A stretch of DNA of 64,000 nt. It comes from Capsulimonadaceae bacterium (lineage in GTDB: Bacteria > Armatimonadota > Armatimonadia > Armatimonadales > Capsulimonadaceae). The notes under the pieces were generated by a model. It did no database searches, had not been told where the DNA came from, and saw nothing but the letters and a program-made list of their open reading frames with translations. Of the stretch, positions 26,241-36,115 are shown piece after piece (position 1 is the stretch's first letter; each line of letters opens with the position of its first letter). Both the position numbers and the translations under genes were made by a program. The DNA lies in contig OZ244065.1 of assembly GCA_965215505.1 (NCBI GenBank), forward strand, positions 480,001 through 544,000. The letters run 5' to 3'.

Positions 26241-29200
26241 ATGAAAACTGTGACCTCTCATGTGGGGCGAAGACGACCCTCTCAACCAAGAACGCGGCCA
26301 TGCCCGCACCTCCGAGCCGACCTCCGCACTCTCCTGGCCGGCGTCTCGTTCACCTGCGTGGTCTGGCTGCTCTCGCCCGCCGCCCATGCCCAGACCTCTA
26401 CACCCGTTTACGGCGATGACACGACCATCGCCGCCGCCCTGAATCCCACCCTCCGCGTTGGTGAAAGCCTGCCGCAAAGCTCGGGCGAACCCACTTACAA
26501 CACCAGTGGTCAATTCCGGTTCGGATCGCAGGGTCAGTTCATGACGACCTACGGCTATGCCTATGATCCCAAGCCGGTGGACATCAGCCAGGGCTTCGTC
26601 GCGCGCCTCGATGTGTTCAATAACGGCGGTAACGGCGTCGCCTTCGTCATCAAAAACCCGACGGCCTCAAGCTACTTCGAAACCCCAGCGGCTCCCGCAG
26701 CCGGGACGATCGGCGGCTTAGGAGCCTACGGCCTCCCCAGCAGCCTCGGCGTTGCCTTCATCGCCTACGCGCAGAGCACCAGTAACAGCAACGACCGGCA
26801 CTTCAAGGAAGTGGAAGTGTTCGCCGACGACGCGAACGGGAACGCTACTATCTTGTCGGACGTCCAGGGCTTGGACTTGGACACGGGGAACCTCACCGGC
26901 GGCAACATCCTGCAAGTGCGCTACCTGCCGAAGTTTCAAGATCTCGATGTTTACGTCGGCACCAGGCTCGTGGCACGGGTCGCGGGCGTGGACCTGGGCA
27001 GTCTGGGCGTCGCGCCCGGTGGCCAGGCTGAGCTGGGCGTCACGGGCGGTGTCCCGGCCCAAAACCTCAGCGCGAACATTGACTTCTTTCCCGCCTACCT
27101 GAACCACTTCTCCATCGGGAACAACTTGGTCTTCGGTGCAGGCCTCGGCCCCAACTTCTATGAGGACCGGTTTCCCTTCCAGACCCTGCGGCAGAGCGTC
27201 TGGAACAGCCCGGATACGGTGAAATTCCAGAAGTCCCTGGAAGCGAAAGGCACCTGGGATAAGCAGGCATCCAAAGTCGGAGTTGACGGCTTCTTCACCA
27301 TACAGCCGGGTGCATTCGCGAAGAACTACGACTTCGGCCTGTCCCTGGAGATGGACGCCACCGGCGGCACCGCCGATATCTCTTATCCGGTCTACCTGGA
27401 CATGTCTCTGCCCGCCCAGTACAGCGCCGACCCTGGCCAGAGCTTCGCCGTGCCGATCTTGTTTTACCCTGACCCTGCGGCCACCATCGCCACGACCTCG
27501 CCCGGTGCCAATGTCACTTCCGACCTGATCTACGGCGGCGAGTTCGGCTTCAGCCTGAACACAAGCGTTTTCGGCAGCAGCATCAGCAGCGGAAACGTGC
27601 TGGACCTCAATATTCCAAAGAAAGACATCAAGATCTTCGATTTGAACGAGATCCTGGGGAGTGGCCTGATTCCAAACGTCAACGGCGGCGTCAACTATGC
27701 CGGCTACTTCCAGGGGACGGAAGGCGCGACCGGCACGAAGAACACGACGGAGCACGGCACAAAGGGGGAAGGCAGCACTGAGGGTGCCAAGGATGGGACC
27801 TCCATCGCCAGCTATGTCCAGGTCGGTATCACCTATCCGCCCGACCTGAGCACGTCCGGGTCCGTCCCCCTCGGGTCGGCGACCGCAGCGAATCTGACGA
27901 GCAGCGCCGACTCGCCCCTGGTTACGCTCTCCTCGGACTTCACGAACGATATCCTGGGCGAGATCCCCGGCTTAGACATCCTGCCGCAGATCCCTTTCTT
28001 CAACAACGACTACAGCCTCAACCTGGCCGGCTACCCTGTGGAACTCGGCTTCCACATCGCTGATCTCTACGGGAGCGTGGACCTCGGTGCCCATGTGGAT
28101 TACAACTTCACGCCGCAGCCGCAGGTCTGGCTGCTCTTATCCGACCCGAATGACTCGACCAAGACCGCGACCCTGGGGCCATTCGCCTTCAACACGGCCA
28201 CTAACACCGTGGTGAACCCGCCGACGGTGAATCTCCCGGCTAATGGCGACCCGCTGACAATCACGCCTGTTCTCACCCTCAGTTCCTCCGCTTACCCGGA
28301 TGGTCAGCCAGGCTTCAAGACCTCCAGCGGGAACACGTTCAAGACGAATGGACAGCTTAAGATCGGAGGCTCCCTGTCCTTCAATCCCTTTGAGTTCTCC
28401 TATCAGTTCGGCGACAACTCATTCAACTCCAGCACGGCCCTCGGCCTGCCGTTCCCGTACACCCTGGCGGGGAGCGTCCCGGTCGTCACCTACCCGCTCG
28501 ATCCATTCGAGATCGGCACGCAGAGCGGCGGAACAGCCAACGCGGTCCCGTTTCAGAGGACGATCAAGGGCAAATCCTTCACGCTCTTTCCCAAGGCTTC
28601 GGACAATCCGGTGCTGGATGCGCTTTCGCCCGCTTCGGCCCTGGTGCAGCCTGTCGGCGCGAGCGGCAGCCTTCCGCTCACCCTTACCTGCGAGCACGCC
28701 TACCTCAGTGGCCAGGTCATCTGGGACTTCAACGGCGATCCGACTTTACCGCAGCCCGCTGTTCTGGCCTACAACCGCCAGAGTGCGAGCCTGGTCACCT
28801 CCGCGATCCCGAACTCGCTGCTCTCCACGCTGGGACTGCATACGGTGACGATCATCAACCAGGACGGGACGGGCGCTTCCTACCCCTCCAACAGCGTGTC
28901 TTTCGTCGTCAACGCCCCCGCCCCAAAGCTCTACAGCCTCAAGACGCAGACCTCAAACGGTCAGCTCTACAAAGTGGTGGCGGGCGCAGGCGGCTTCGTG
29001 CTCCTCGTCAGCGGCGAGAACTTCCTGCCGCCGCATGCCGGAACGGGCGGCGCGCTGGACTATGTCGGATCGGTCATCCAGTGGAACGGCCAGCCGCTGC
29101 CGACCACCTATCAGGACCACGCGACCCTGACAGCAATCGTCCCCTCCAACCTGGTGCAGACGACTAACATCGCTCAGATCACCGTTGCCACGGCCGGGCC

Positions 29201-29876
29201 TGGCGGCGGGACGAGCGAGTCACTCTCGCTCACACCCGTCAATCCTCAGCCGGTCCTGACAAGTCTGAGCCAGTCCGGGAGCCAGCCGGGCAGCTCGGGC
29301 CTGACACTAGACCTATATGGCTCCGGCTTCGTGACCGGCTCGACTGTCTTATGGAATGATGGAAAGACCAACGCCACCAAGACGCCGACGTACCAGTCGC
29401 CGGGCCACTTGACCCTGGCCCTGAGCGCGTCCGACCTGAGCACGCCCGGTGCCCGCACGGTCCAGGTCCAGAACCCGACGCCTGGCGGCGGACCTTCCGC
29501 CGTGCAGACCTTCACGGTCGGCCAGTACCCGGCCGGAGGCGGGATCATCCTCGTGCCGTCGCTGGCACGGACGATGGGCGGCATCCGGCTCCAACTGACC
29601 GTCGTGAACACCAGTCAGACGGCAGATGCCACAAGCACGATCATCCAGTCGGCAACGGCGCAGGCGGCGGGCAAGGCGGCAGTGTCTCCAATCCTGCCTA
29701 ACCCCGCTCAGGCGATGCTGGTGGGCACCGTGCCGGCCGGCCAGAGCGTCACGCCGGGCCAGATCTATGTTTTCCCGTCCGGCCTCGGCACTCCGGGGCA
29801 GGCGGTCCTGCTGACCGTAAGCGGCAGCAGCTCAGGCAGGTCCTTCACCTCGCGGCTGCGGGCGGTCGTGCCGTAA
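26241..29876 (+). CDS. Large secreted protein: L-lectin-like domain, unknown beta-rich region, three IPT/TIG-like repeats, C-terminal domain
   Basis: Signal peptide ending AHA-Q; PVDISQGF..NGVAFVI..LGVAF; PVLDALSP, PAPKLYSL and PQPVLTSLS repeats; RBS GAAAGGA. Confidence 0.75.
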   Translation: MKTVTSHVGRRRPSQPRTRPCPHLRADLRTLLAGVSFTCVVWLLSPAAHAQTSTPVYGDDTTIAAALNPTLRVGESLPQSSGEPTYNTSGQFRFGSQGQFMTTYGYAYDPKPVDISQGFVARLDVFNNGGNGVAFVIKNPTASSYFETPAAPAAGTIGGLGAYGLPSSLGVAFIAYAQSTSNSNDRHFKEVEVFADDANGNATILSDVQGLDLDTGNLTGGNILQVRYLPKFQDLDVYVGTRLVARVAGVDLGSLGVAPGGQAELGVTGGVPAQNLSANIDFFPAYLNHFSIGNNLVFGAGLGPNFYEDRFPFQTLRQSVWNSPDTVKFQKSLEAKGTWDKQASKVGVDGFFTIQPGAFAKNYDFGLSLEMDATGGTADISYPVYLDMSLPAQYSADPGQSFAVPILFYPDPAATIATTSPGANVTSDLIYGGEFGFSLNTSVFGSSISSGNVLDLNIPKKDIKIFDLNEILGSGLIPNVNGGVNYAGYFQGTEGATGTKNTTEHGTKGEGSTEGAKDGTSIASYVQVGITYPPDLSTSGSVPLGSATAANLTSSADSPLVTLSSDFTNDILGEIPGLDILPQIPFFNNDYSLNLAGYPVELGFHIADLYGSVDLGAHVDYNFTPQPQVWLLLSDPNDSTKTATLGPFAFNTATNTVVNPPTVNLPANGDPLTITPVLTLSSSAYPDGQPGFKTSSGNTFKTNGQLKIGGSLSFNPFEFSYQFGDNSFNSSTALGLPFPYTLAGSVPVVTYPLDPFEIGTQSGGTANAVPFQRTIKGKSFTLFPKASDNPVLDALSPASALVQPVGASGSLPLTLTCEHAYLSGQVIWDFNGDPTLPQPAVLAYNRQSASLVTSAIPNSLLSTLGLHTVTIINQDGTGASYPSNSVSFVVNAPAPKLYSLKTQTSNGQLYKVVAGAGGFVLLVSGENFLPPHAGTGGALDYVGSVIQWNGQPLPTTYQDHATLTAIVPSNLVQTTNIAQITVATAGPGGGTSESLSLTPVNPQPVLTSLSQSGSQPGSSGLTLDLYGSGFVTGSTVLWNDGKTNATKTPTYQSPGHLTLALSASDLSTPGARTVQVQNPTPGGGPSAVQTFTVGQYPAGGGIILVPSLARTMGGIRLQLTVVNTSQTADATSTIIQSATAQAAGKAAVSPILPNPAQAMLVGTVPAGQSVTPGQIYVFPSGLGTPGQAVLLTVSGSSSGRSFTSRLRAVVP

Positions 29877-29896
29877 CACGGTCCCCATGACGTGCC

Positions 29897-29925
29897 TGGG
29901 GGCGGCCCAAATCGGGCCGCCCCCA
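29897..29925. repeat. Intergenic perfect hairpin
   Basis: TGGGGGCGGCCC-aaatc-GGGCCGCCCCCA. Confidence 0.6.
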
Positions 29926-29949
29926 ACAGAAGAGTTTAGGAGAACAACC

Positions 29950-30528
29950 ATGAAACTTCGCCAGCCCCTTGTCATCCCTGCGGTCCTGCCGCTGCTCCTG
30001 TTCCTGACCCCGCGCCCCGGCGCGGCGCAGACGGGCCTCACCGTCACGCTCGCTCCGTCTGCCGTCCGCGTCGTCACCCCGGTGAATGGCGCTCAGGTCT
30101 TCACGTTCACCGGCACGCTGACCAACAATACCGGCACGGCCCTGTTCCTGAACGCGGACAACTTCAGCCTCGACTTCCCGCTGATCTTGGACGACACGGC
30201 GTTCCAGAACACCTTCGTCTTCCCGACCGACACGAGCGGGAACCTCCTGCCGCAGCCGCCGCTTGCCGCCGGCGCGACCGAAACCGCGGCGCTCTTCAGC
30301 GTGACCGTCCCCGCCGGCACATCGGCGGGGACCTACGGCGGCACCTTTGAGATTCAGGGCGGGGCGGGAGCCAGCGACTTCGGCCTGCTGGCCGCGCCGA
30401 CGTTCACGGTCAGCGCCGCGCCGGTCCCCGAAACCTCTACGGGCGTTTCCTTCGGCCTGCTGCTGGCCGTCGGCCTCGCCGGGGGCATCATCCGCGTCCG
30501 CCGGCGGAAGATCCCGCCCGTCGTCTGA
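29950..30528 (+). CDS. PEP-CTERM sorting domain protein
   Basis: Signal peptide; C-terminal APVPETST, TM helix, RVRRRK; RBS AGGAG. Confidence 0.88.
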   Translation: MKLRQPLVIPAVLPLLLFLTPRPGAAQTGLTVTLAPSAVRVVTPVNGAQVFTFTGTLTNNTGTALFLNADNFSLDFPLILDDTAFQNTFVFPTDTSGNLLPQPPLAAGATETAALFSVTVPAGTSAGTYGGTFEIQGGAGASDFGLLAAPTFTVSAAPVPETSTGVSFGLLLAVGLAGGIIRVRRRKIPPVV

Positions 30529-30540
30529 TTCCCGTGTCAG

Positions 30541-30575
30541 AAGAAAGCCCCGCCTCCATCACCGGAGACGGGGCT
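30541..30575 (-). terminator. Intrinsic terminator between convergent genes
   Basis: AGCCCCG.CTCC-loop-GGAG.CGGGGCT with TTTCTT tail on the minus strand. Confidence 0.65.
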
Positions 30576-30590
30576 ATCGGGCGAATGCTT

Positions 30591-31697
30591 CTAATGTTTG
30601 TCCACCTTGCCGTCGGCGGGCGTCACTTGCAGCGCGACCACGGTGTTGATGCAGTCCCAGGAGTGCAGGATGCCATCGGGCGTCGGCTGGAGCCATTGAT
30701 CCCACGAGAGATCGTCGGAGGTCCGCCGGACACGCCAAGCAGTGTCGGAGTTCGCTTGCAGCCACCCCAGGTAGGTGCCCTGAAGGCTGCGGTCCTGCAT
30801 GAACTTTGCGATCCAGCGCAGGCCGATGGAGTTCAAGCCGGAGTTGTTATCGCCCCCCGAACCGTACTCCGGCATGATCCGATAGCCGTTCGCGGCGGGT
30901 TTCCCCAGGTGGTTCAGGGTGTAGTCCGCCGCCAGTCTCGCGCTCTCGGTGTCCCCCAGGAAATTCGCCAGACCGACGAACGTCCCCTGGTTGTAGGTGC
31001 TGGACCAGGTGCCCAATTTGCCGGAGGTGTCCACCGCATCCAAGACGGCCCCCGTCGCCTCGTCGAACAGGTGCGTCTTTTCCCAGGCGAACAGGTCCTC
31101 CGCTCTGCTCAGGTAGCTGTCGTCGCGGAGCGCCTTACCCAGCAGGAAGGACGCGATGCCGGCGGGACATTCGATGCAGGAGTTGTAGCTGGTGTTGTTG
31201 GTCGTCCAGTAGAGGGTGCCGCGGGCGGGGTTCCAGGCGCGGGCGAACATCATGTCGAAGTTTTTCTTGGCGATGGTCAGGAACGCGGCGTTCCCGGTGG
31301 CCAGGTAGCCGCGCGTGTAGGCGATGGCGGCCCAGCAGATGTCGTCGTTGTAGATGTTCCAGGACCAGTCCGTCCCGTGGGCCTTGCTGAACCCATTCAG
31401 CAGCGCGGCGACCTGGCTCCTGTAAGCGCCGCCGCTCCGATCATTGGCGTCTTCGATCCCCTCAATCTCTTCGCTCTCCTGCCAGAATCCAGGGTCGCCC
31501 CCATCCTGTCTGCCTTTGATAAAGGCGCTCGCCCCGTTGGGGCGGACGAAAGCCTTGAGGTAGGCCTTCACGGCGGTGTCGGCGTCGGCACGGGTGACGG
31601 CGCGGGCGGGCCGGTCAGCGGCGGTCAGCAGGAGGGCGGACGCCGCCATCGTAGCGGCGATCAACCTCCCGATCTTACGAGAACAGGTCGGTTTCAT
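30591..31697 (-). CDS. GH76 glycoside hydrolase (alpha-1,6-mannanase-like), secreted
   Basis: YNDDICW catalytic DD, GTLYW, STYNQGTFVG; signal peptide. Confidence 0.9.
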   Translation of the reverse strand: MKPTCSRKIGRLIAATMAASALLLTAADRPARAVTRADADTAVKAYLKAFVRPNGASAFIKGRQDGGDPGFWQESEEIEGIEDANDRSGGAYRSQVAALLNGFSKAHGTDWSWNIYNDDICWAAIAYTRGYLATGNAAFLTIAKKNFDMMFARAWNPARGTLYWTTNNTSYNSCIECPAGIASFLLGKALRDDSYLSRAEDLFAWEKTHLFDEATGAVLDAVDTSGKLGTWSSTYNQGTFVGLANFLGDTESARLAADYTLNHLGKPAANGYRIMPEYGSGGDNNSGLNSIGLRWIAKFMQDRSLQGTYLGWLQANSDTAWRVRRTSDDLSWDQWLQPTPDGILHSWDCINTVVALQVTPADGKVDKH

Positions 31698-31708
31698 GGT
31701 TCCTCTCC

Positions 31709-33778
31709 TTAACGCGTTTCCCCGCCGGCGAGAATGCGCGGGGTGTAATCCACGGTGGTCGCTTTGAGCCTTCCGCCGGGGGATGGCAGGAACGTCAGCA
31801 CGGCGCTGAGGGCTTGTTTCGGCATCAGGGCGGGGAAATCGTGGTAGAACACGCCCGATGGCGCGGAGCTGCCGGTCGTGCCGTTGCCGCTCCCAGGATC
31901 AAAGCTCAGTCTCACCCCCGCGCTCAGGTCGTCCAGGGCGAGCGAGACGGGGGCAGGGAGGGCCGTTGGGCCCGTGTTGATCAAGGTGACGGTTTGGCTG
32001 ATCCGGCCGGTCAGTTTGTCCACTTTGATCTTGCCGCGCTTGACTTTCATCTGGGCGGTGACATCCGACCCCAGGGCCGGGGCCTTAACGCCGTAGACCA
32101 GGATGCCTCCCCCAGTCGCCACATAGACGCGCCCGTTGGTGATGGTGGGCGTGTTGAACTTCATGAAGTTCCGGTAAACGGTGCCGCCGATGGTCGGGGC
32201 GGTGTCGCCGCTGTTGTACAACTCGGCCAGCGTCGAGGCATCGTAGGCGTGCAGGCGCAGGTGCCCCGGATCGGCGTGGTCCTGCATGTTCGAGCCGGTG
32301 GGGTAATACGACTCGGTCACCCACACGATGCCGTTGCCGGAGCCGTCGGCGGAGATGCTCGGGGTCGCTCCAGGAAATCCGAACCGCTGCGAGGTGTTCG
32401 CGACGGCCTGCGACTCCTCCAGGTGCCCGTTCGCGATCGGGACGCGCTTGAGGTACTCGCCCGACCGCAAATAGTAGACCGCGCCGTTGAAGTACGCGGG
32501 GACGCTGTAAAGGCCGTACCAGTGCTTGCTGGTATTCCCGTCGCCGTCCGCGGGCACTTCGATCTCCTGCACGACGTTGTTCCGGGCGGGATCAAAGCCG
32601 CCGGGCGCGTCGCGGTCCACGAGGGAGAGCATCCCGACCTTGCCGCCCGAAAACATCAGGTGGCGGTGTTGGGTGTTCCCGGCCGAGTCCGGCAGGAGCA
32701 GCATCCCGCTCGTGCCCAGATCGGCATCGCCCCGGTCCAGCCCGACGTGGTTGAACGGGCAGAAATAGCCCGTGACCTTGAGCGTGTCGCCGTCGAGTTT
32801 AAGGAAGGACTCCCCCCAGTTGCCGGTCGGCGGGTCGAAGACTCCGTTGCCCGTACTCACATAGACGTTCCCGGCCGAGTCCACCGACGGCGAGCCGCCG
32901 CTCTGCCAGATGCCCGCGCCGTACTGGGAGACGCTCGGCGAGTCGTTCAGCATGCCCCGCACGGCCCCCGTCCGGGCGTCATAAGCGATCACCCAGCCGT
33001 GGTAAGGACCCTGGTCCCGGTAGGAGGCCCACGCCACATAGACCTTGCCCCTGCTAAGCGTCAGCCCGCACCGCTGGTTTTCCAGGTCCGGGCGGAACGA
33101 GATCGGCCCGGTCTCGGGCCGACCCTCCGTGCCCTGGGAGGTCGCCTTGATCTCGACCGGGAAGCCGGGCGCGAATTTGTCCGCACCGGTCGCACAGTCG
33201 AGCGCGTGGAGGCGCTGGTGGAAGTCGGCAGGCGTCGCCCCGCCGCCGTCCATCGTCAGGACGACGACATACAGCGTTCCGGTCGCCGGGTCAAGGACGG
33301 GGGTGCCGGTGATGCCGATCTCCGGCTGCAAGTCGGAATTGCCGCGGAACGGCCGATGCGTCTCCCCGTCCACGAAGTCCGTTCGCTTCCAGAGCGTCGC
33401 CCCGGTGTCGGCGTCAAAGGCGTAGACGCTGTCATGCTCGGTGGCGACATACAGGACGTTGCGCCGCTTCCCGCCGGGCAGCGGCAGGCCGGCCAGGTAC
33501 AAAGGCTGTGCGTAGATCTCGGTGCCGCTCAGGTTGTGCGGGATGTTCGGCCCGACGCTTGCGTCCACGGGAATCTGGAACAGCAGGCCGAATCGCCCGG
33601 AGCGCAGGAGCGCAGGAGTCAGTGCCGTTTCTTGCAGGTTCTGGCCGGTGTTGGCTAAGTCGTTGTGCGATTTTAGAACGTCGGCAGTCTGAGCCTGCGC
33701 CGGGCGGGCGATGAGGGCCATTGCCGCTGCAAGGCCGAACCCCAAAATGGTCAGCGTCTTGTTCCCCTTGTGAAACAT
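31709..33778 (-). CDS. Secreted PQQ-like beta-propeller protein with C-terminal domain
   Basis: IYAQPLY, LYVATEHDSVYAFDADTG..LW, GITGTPVLD, YHGWVIAYD, GIWQSG, KFNTPTITNGRVYV. Confidence 0.8.
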   Translation of the reverse strand: MFHKGNKTLTILGFGLAAAMALIARPAQAQTADVLKSHNDLANTGQNLQETALTPALLRSGRFGLLFQIPVDASVGPNIPHNLSGTEIYAQPLYLAGLPLPGGKRRNVLYVATEHDSVYAFDADTGATLWKRTDFVDGETHRPFRGNSDLQPEIGITGTPVLDPATGTLYVVVLTMDGGGATPADFHQRLHALDCATGADKFAPGFPVEIKATSQGTEGRPETGPISFRPDLENQRCGLTLSRGKVYVAWASYRDQGPYHGWVIAYDARTGAVRGMLNDSPSVSQYGAGIWQSGGSPSVDSAGNVYVSTGNGVFDPPTGNWGESFLKLDGDTLKVTGYFCPFNHVGLDRGDADLGTSGMLLLPDSAGNTQHRHLMFSGGKVGMLSLVDRDAPGGFDPARNNVVQEIEVPADGDGNTSKHWYGLYSVPAYFNGAVYYLRSGEYLKRVPIANGHLEESQAVANTSQRFGFPGATPSISADGSGNGIVWVTESYYPTGSNMQDHADPGHLRLHAYDASTLAELYNSGDTAPTIGGTVYRNFMKFNTPTITNGRVYVATGGGILVYGVKAPALGSDVTAQMKVKRGKIKVDKLTGRISQTVTLINTGPTALPAPVSLALDDLSAGVRLSFDPGSGNGTTGSSAPSGVFYHDFPALMPKQALSAVLTFLPSPGGRLKATTVDYTPRILAGGETR

Positions 33779-33828
33779 GCGGTCTCTTTCTAAAAATCCT
33801 TTGTTGCCGTCGAACGCGCTTGTTCGGG

Positions 33829-36102
33829 TTACTTGGTGAATTCGAGATTTACGGTGTGCAGACTTCGGGGCAGCCGCACCGGGCCGGTCTGCCGCTTGCC
33901 GTTTACAAGGACTTTCGTCCATCCGGGACGGACGGTGACGGTGAAGTGCGTCCCCGCCAGTTCCACATCATTCAGCGCGAAGCGGACCGTCTTGAAGGGC
34001 TTCAGATAAAAGTTTTGGGCGTCCATTTTGAGGCCCAGGATGCACCGGAGATACTCCCAGCCCGACTTGTAGCGCGGGTACGGCGGGAAGCGGGGCGTGT
34101 CCTTGTTCGGCTCTTCGGGCAGGGTGCGGCTCAGGCCGTCGGGGCCGACGGACTTATTCCACTCCCCGACGAACAGGTGGTTGTCGTGCAGGCTGGACTC
34201 CAGCGAGTTGAAGACGTCCAGCGACCTTGCCTCATCCCCGGTGTCCGCCAGCAGTGAGGCCAGCGCCTCTTGCGGCCCGAACCAGCAGGTGCGGGAGTGA
34301 TAGCCGGCCTGCATTTCAGGCTTGTGGCCGGGCCGCATGCCGTTGGCCCAGCCGCGAAACGCCTTCTGCGGATCGTCCACGAGGTTGTTCGTGTAGACAG
34401 TCAGCAGCGCGGCGCGCACCTTTTCCGGAGGCAGCACGCTCTCGGCCTTCGGATCGAGGAGGGAGAGCCACTTGCCGAAGAGCTGGTCGGAGAACGTGTC
34501 CTGCCCGTCCGTGCGGCTGAGTGCGGCGGCATCCTCGGCACGGTCGGCGGGAACGAAGAAGGTGTTCCAATACTGCCCGTCCTTGTTCCAGAGCAGTGTG
34601 TCCAGGCTCTGACGCGCATCGGAAAACATCTCCTCCGTGGGCAGGCCGCCGACGGTGCCGGGCTGGCGCAGCGTTTGTGACATCCGCCCGAGGCTGTAAA
34701 GCCCATAGACCCACATCACGCTGACGTAGGAGTTGACGCCGGGCATCTTCCAGATGTCATACGACTGGTTGCCGACGCGGTTGTGGAGCAGGTAGCGATA
34801 GTTGTCCGCCTGGTAGACGTGGTTGGCGGCCAGGGCGGCGAGCGGGTATCCTTTCGCCGTCCAGCCTGGGTCGTTGAACCAGAGGGAGTCGCGGTAGACG
34901 CGGCCGATGAAGGTCGGTTCCTCGGCATAATCTGAGCTGTCGTTCCACAAAGAGTGCCAGACCAGGCCGGCATCCTTGCCGTCCTTGGGGATGCTCTGGT
35001 AGTACTGGTCCATGTCCATCCGCTCGATCTCCGGCCAGTTGACCAGATACAGCCAGTTGTGGTAGACGCTGACGTCCATGGTGTTGACCCAGCCGTGGGG
35101 GACCTCTTGTTCGAAGAAGTAGGAGTCGTCGGTCAGGATCGTGGAGGTGCAGACGGAGCAGAGCGCCGAAAACCAGAGCCGCTTGAACGCGGGCGGGACG
35201 TCATAAGCGTTATGCCACCGGTCAATGGCGGTGGACCACCGGACGGCGGACCTCGCCGCGAGATCAATGACCTGTCCCGCGTTCTGGAACCGCTTGGTGT
35301 AGTACCTCCGGTATGTCTGGCGTGCCGCCGAGGAAGTGGTCCGGACGGCGGGATAATCCCAGGCGATGTAGAAGCGGACCGTCTGGTGTTCCCCAGGCGC
35401 GAGGCTGAGGGACATGCCCGCGCCGTGCGTGTCGGCGACGCCGTGGCCGCAGGCAAAGGCCGTTTCCCCGCCGGGTTCCACGAGTACCGCCCTGTTGGCC
35501 CGCACCACCAGAGGGTCACGGTGCAGCAGCGCGAGTTTGAAGGACCGCGTCTCCTTCGCTTTGTTCTGGATGGTGACGTCGAACACCTGCACCGGGAGGG
35601 TGGAATCGGCCAGGTCGTGGGGCACCAGGGGCGAAAAAGCGGTCATCACGAGGCCGAGGTTCGAGTCCGCCTTTTGAAAGACGAAATGCGCTTTGGGCAG
35701 GTCCGCGTAAGCCTGCACTCTGTCAACCGGCCGGGCATCCGGCAGCCAGTCCACGGGCGTCTCCTGGAGTACCATGCTCTTGCCGCCCTCCGTGAGCTGG
35801 AAGGCGTAGGAGGGCTTCTCCGTCGGCGGCCGGTCAATCCGCCAGTCGCGGCTGTTCAGGGGCCGGCCATCAAAGTAAACATCCACAAAGCCGTACTTGC
35901 CGAACACCGAGAAGCCGGTGCCGATGCCGCCGAGGGGGATGCCGAGGCCGTGACTGACGTCCACCATCTCCGGCGAGGGGGCGGCAAAGACTGGTGCCTC
36001 CCTGCCCGCCGCCGCGACCGGCCGGGTGGCGACGCTTACGGTTAAGAAGAGGCTTAGTATCCCCAGGAGGGATGACTTCCAGAGGTCCTGTGGTTTTATC
36101 AT
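33829..36102 (-). CDS. GH116 family glycoside hydrolase, secreted
   Basis: GIPLGGIGTG, AFSPLVPHD..DSTLP, EQE...NTMDV, NQSYDIW, FSDQLFG.W; signal peptide. Confidence 0.82.
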   Translation of the reverse strand: MIKPQDLWKSSLLGILSLFLTVSVATRPVAAAGREAPVFAAPSPEMVDVSHGLGIPLGGIGTGFSVFGKYGFVDVYFDGRPLNSRDWRIDRPPTEKPSYAFQLTEGGKSMVLQETPVDWLPDARPVDRVQAYADLPKAHFVFQKADSNLGLVMTAFSPLVPHDLADSTLPVQVFDVTIQNKAKETRSFKLALLHRDPLVVRANRAVLVEPGGETAFACGHGVADTHGAGMSLSLAPGEHQTVRFYIAWDYPAVRTTSSAARQTYRRYYTKRFQNAGQVIDLAARSAVRWSTAIDRWHNAYDVPPAFKRLWFSALCSVCTSTILTDDSYFFEQEVPHGWVNTMDVSVYHNWLYLVNWPEIERMDMDQYYQSIPKDGKDAGLVWHSLWNDSSDYAEEPTFIGRVYRDSLWFNDPGWTAKGYPLAALAANHVYQADNYRYLLHNRVGNQSYDIWKMPGVNSYVSVMWVYGLYSLGRMSQTLRQPGTVGGLPTEEMFSDARQSLDTLLWNKDGQYWNTFFVPADRAEDAAALSRTDGQDTFSDQLFGKWLSLLDPKAESVLPPEKVRAALLTVYTNNLVDDPQKAFRGWANGMRPGHKPEMQAGYHSRTCWFGPQEALASLLADTGDEARSLDVFNSLESSLHDNHLFVGEWNKSVGPDGLSRTLPEEPNKDTPRFPPYPRYKSGWEYLRCILGLKMDAQNFYLKPFKTVRFALNDVELAGTHFTVTVRPGWTKVLVNGKRQTGPVRLPRSLHTVNLEFTK

Positions 36103-36115
36103 AGTGGAGCTTTCA

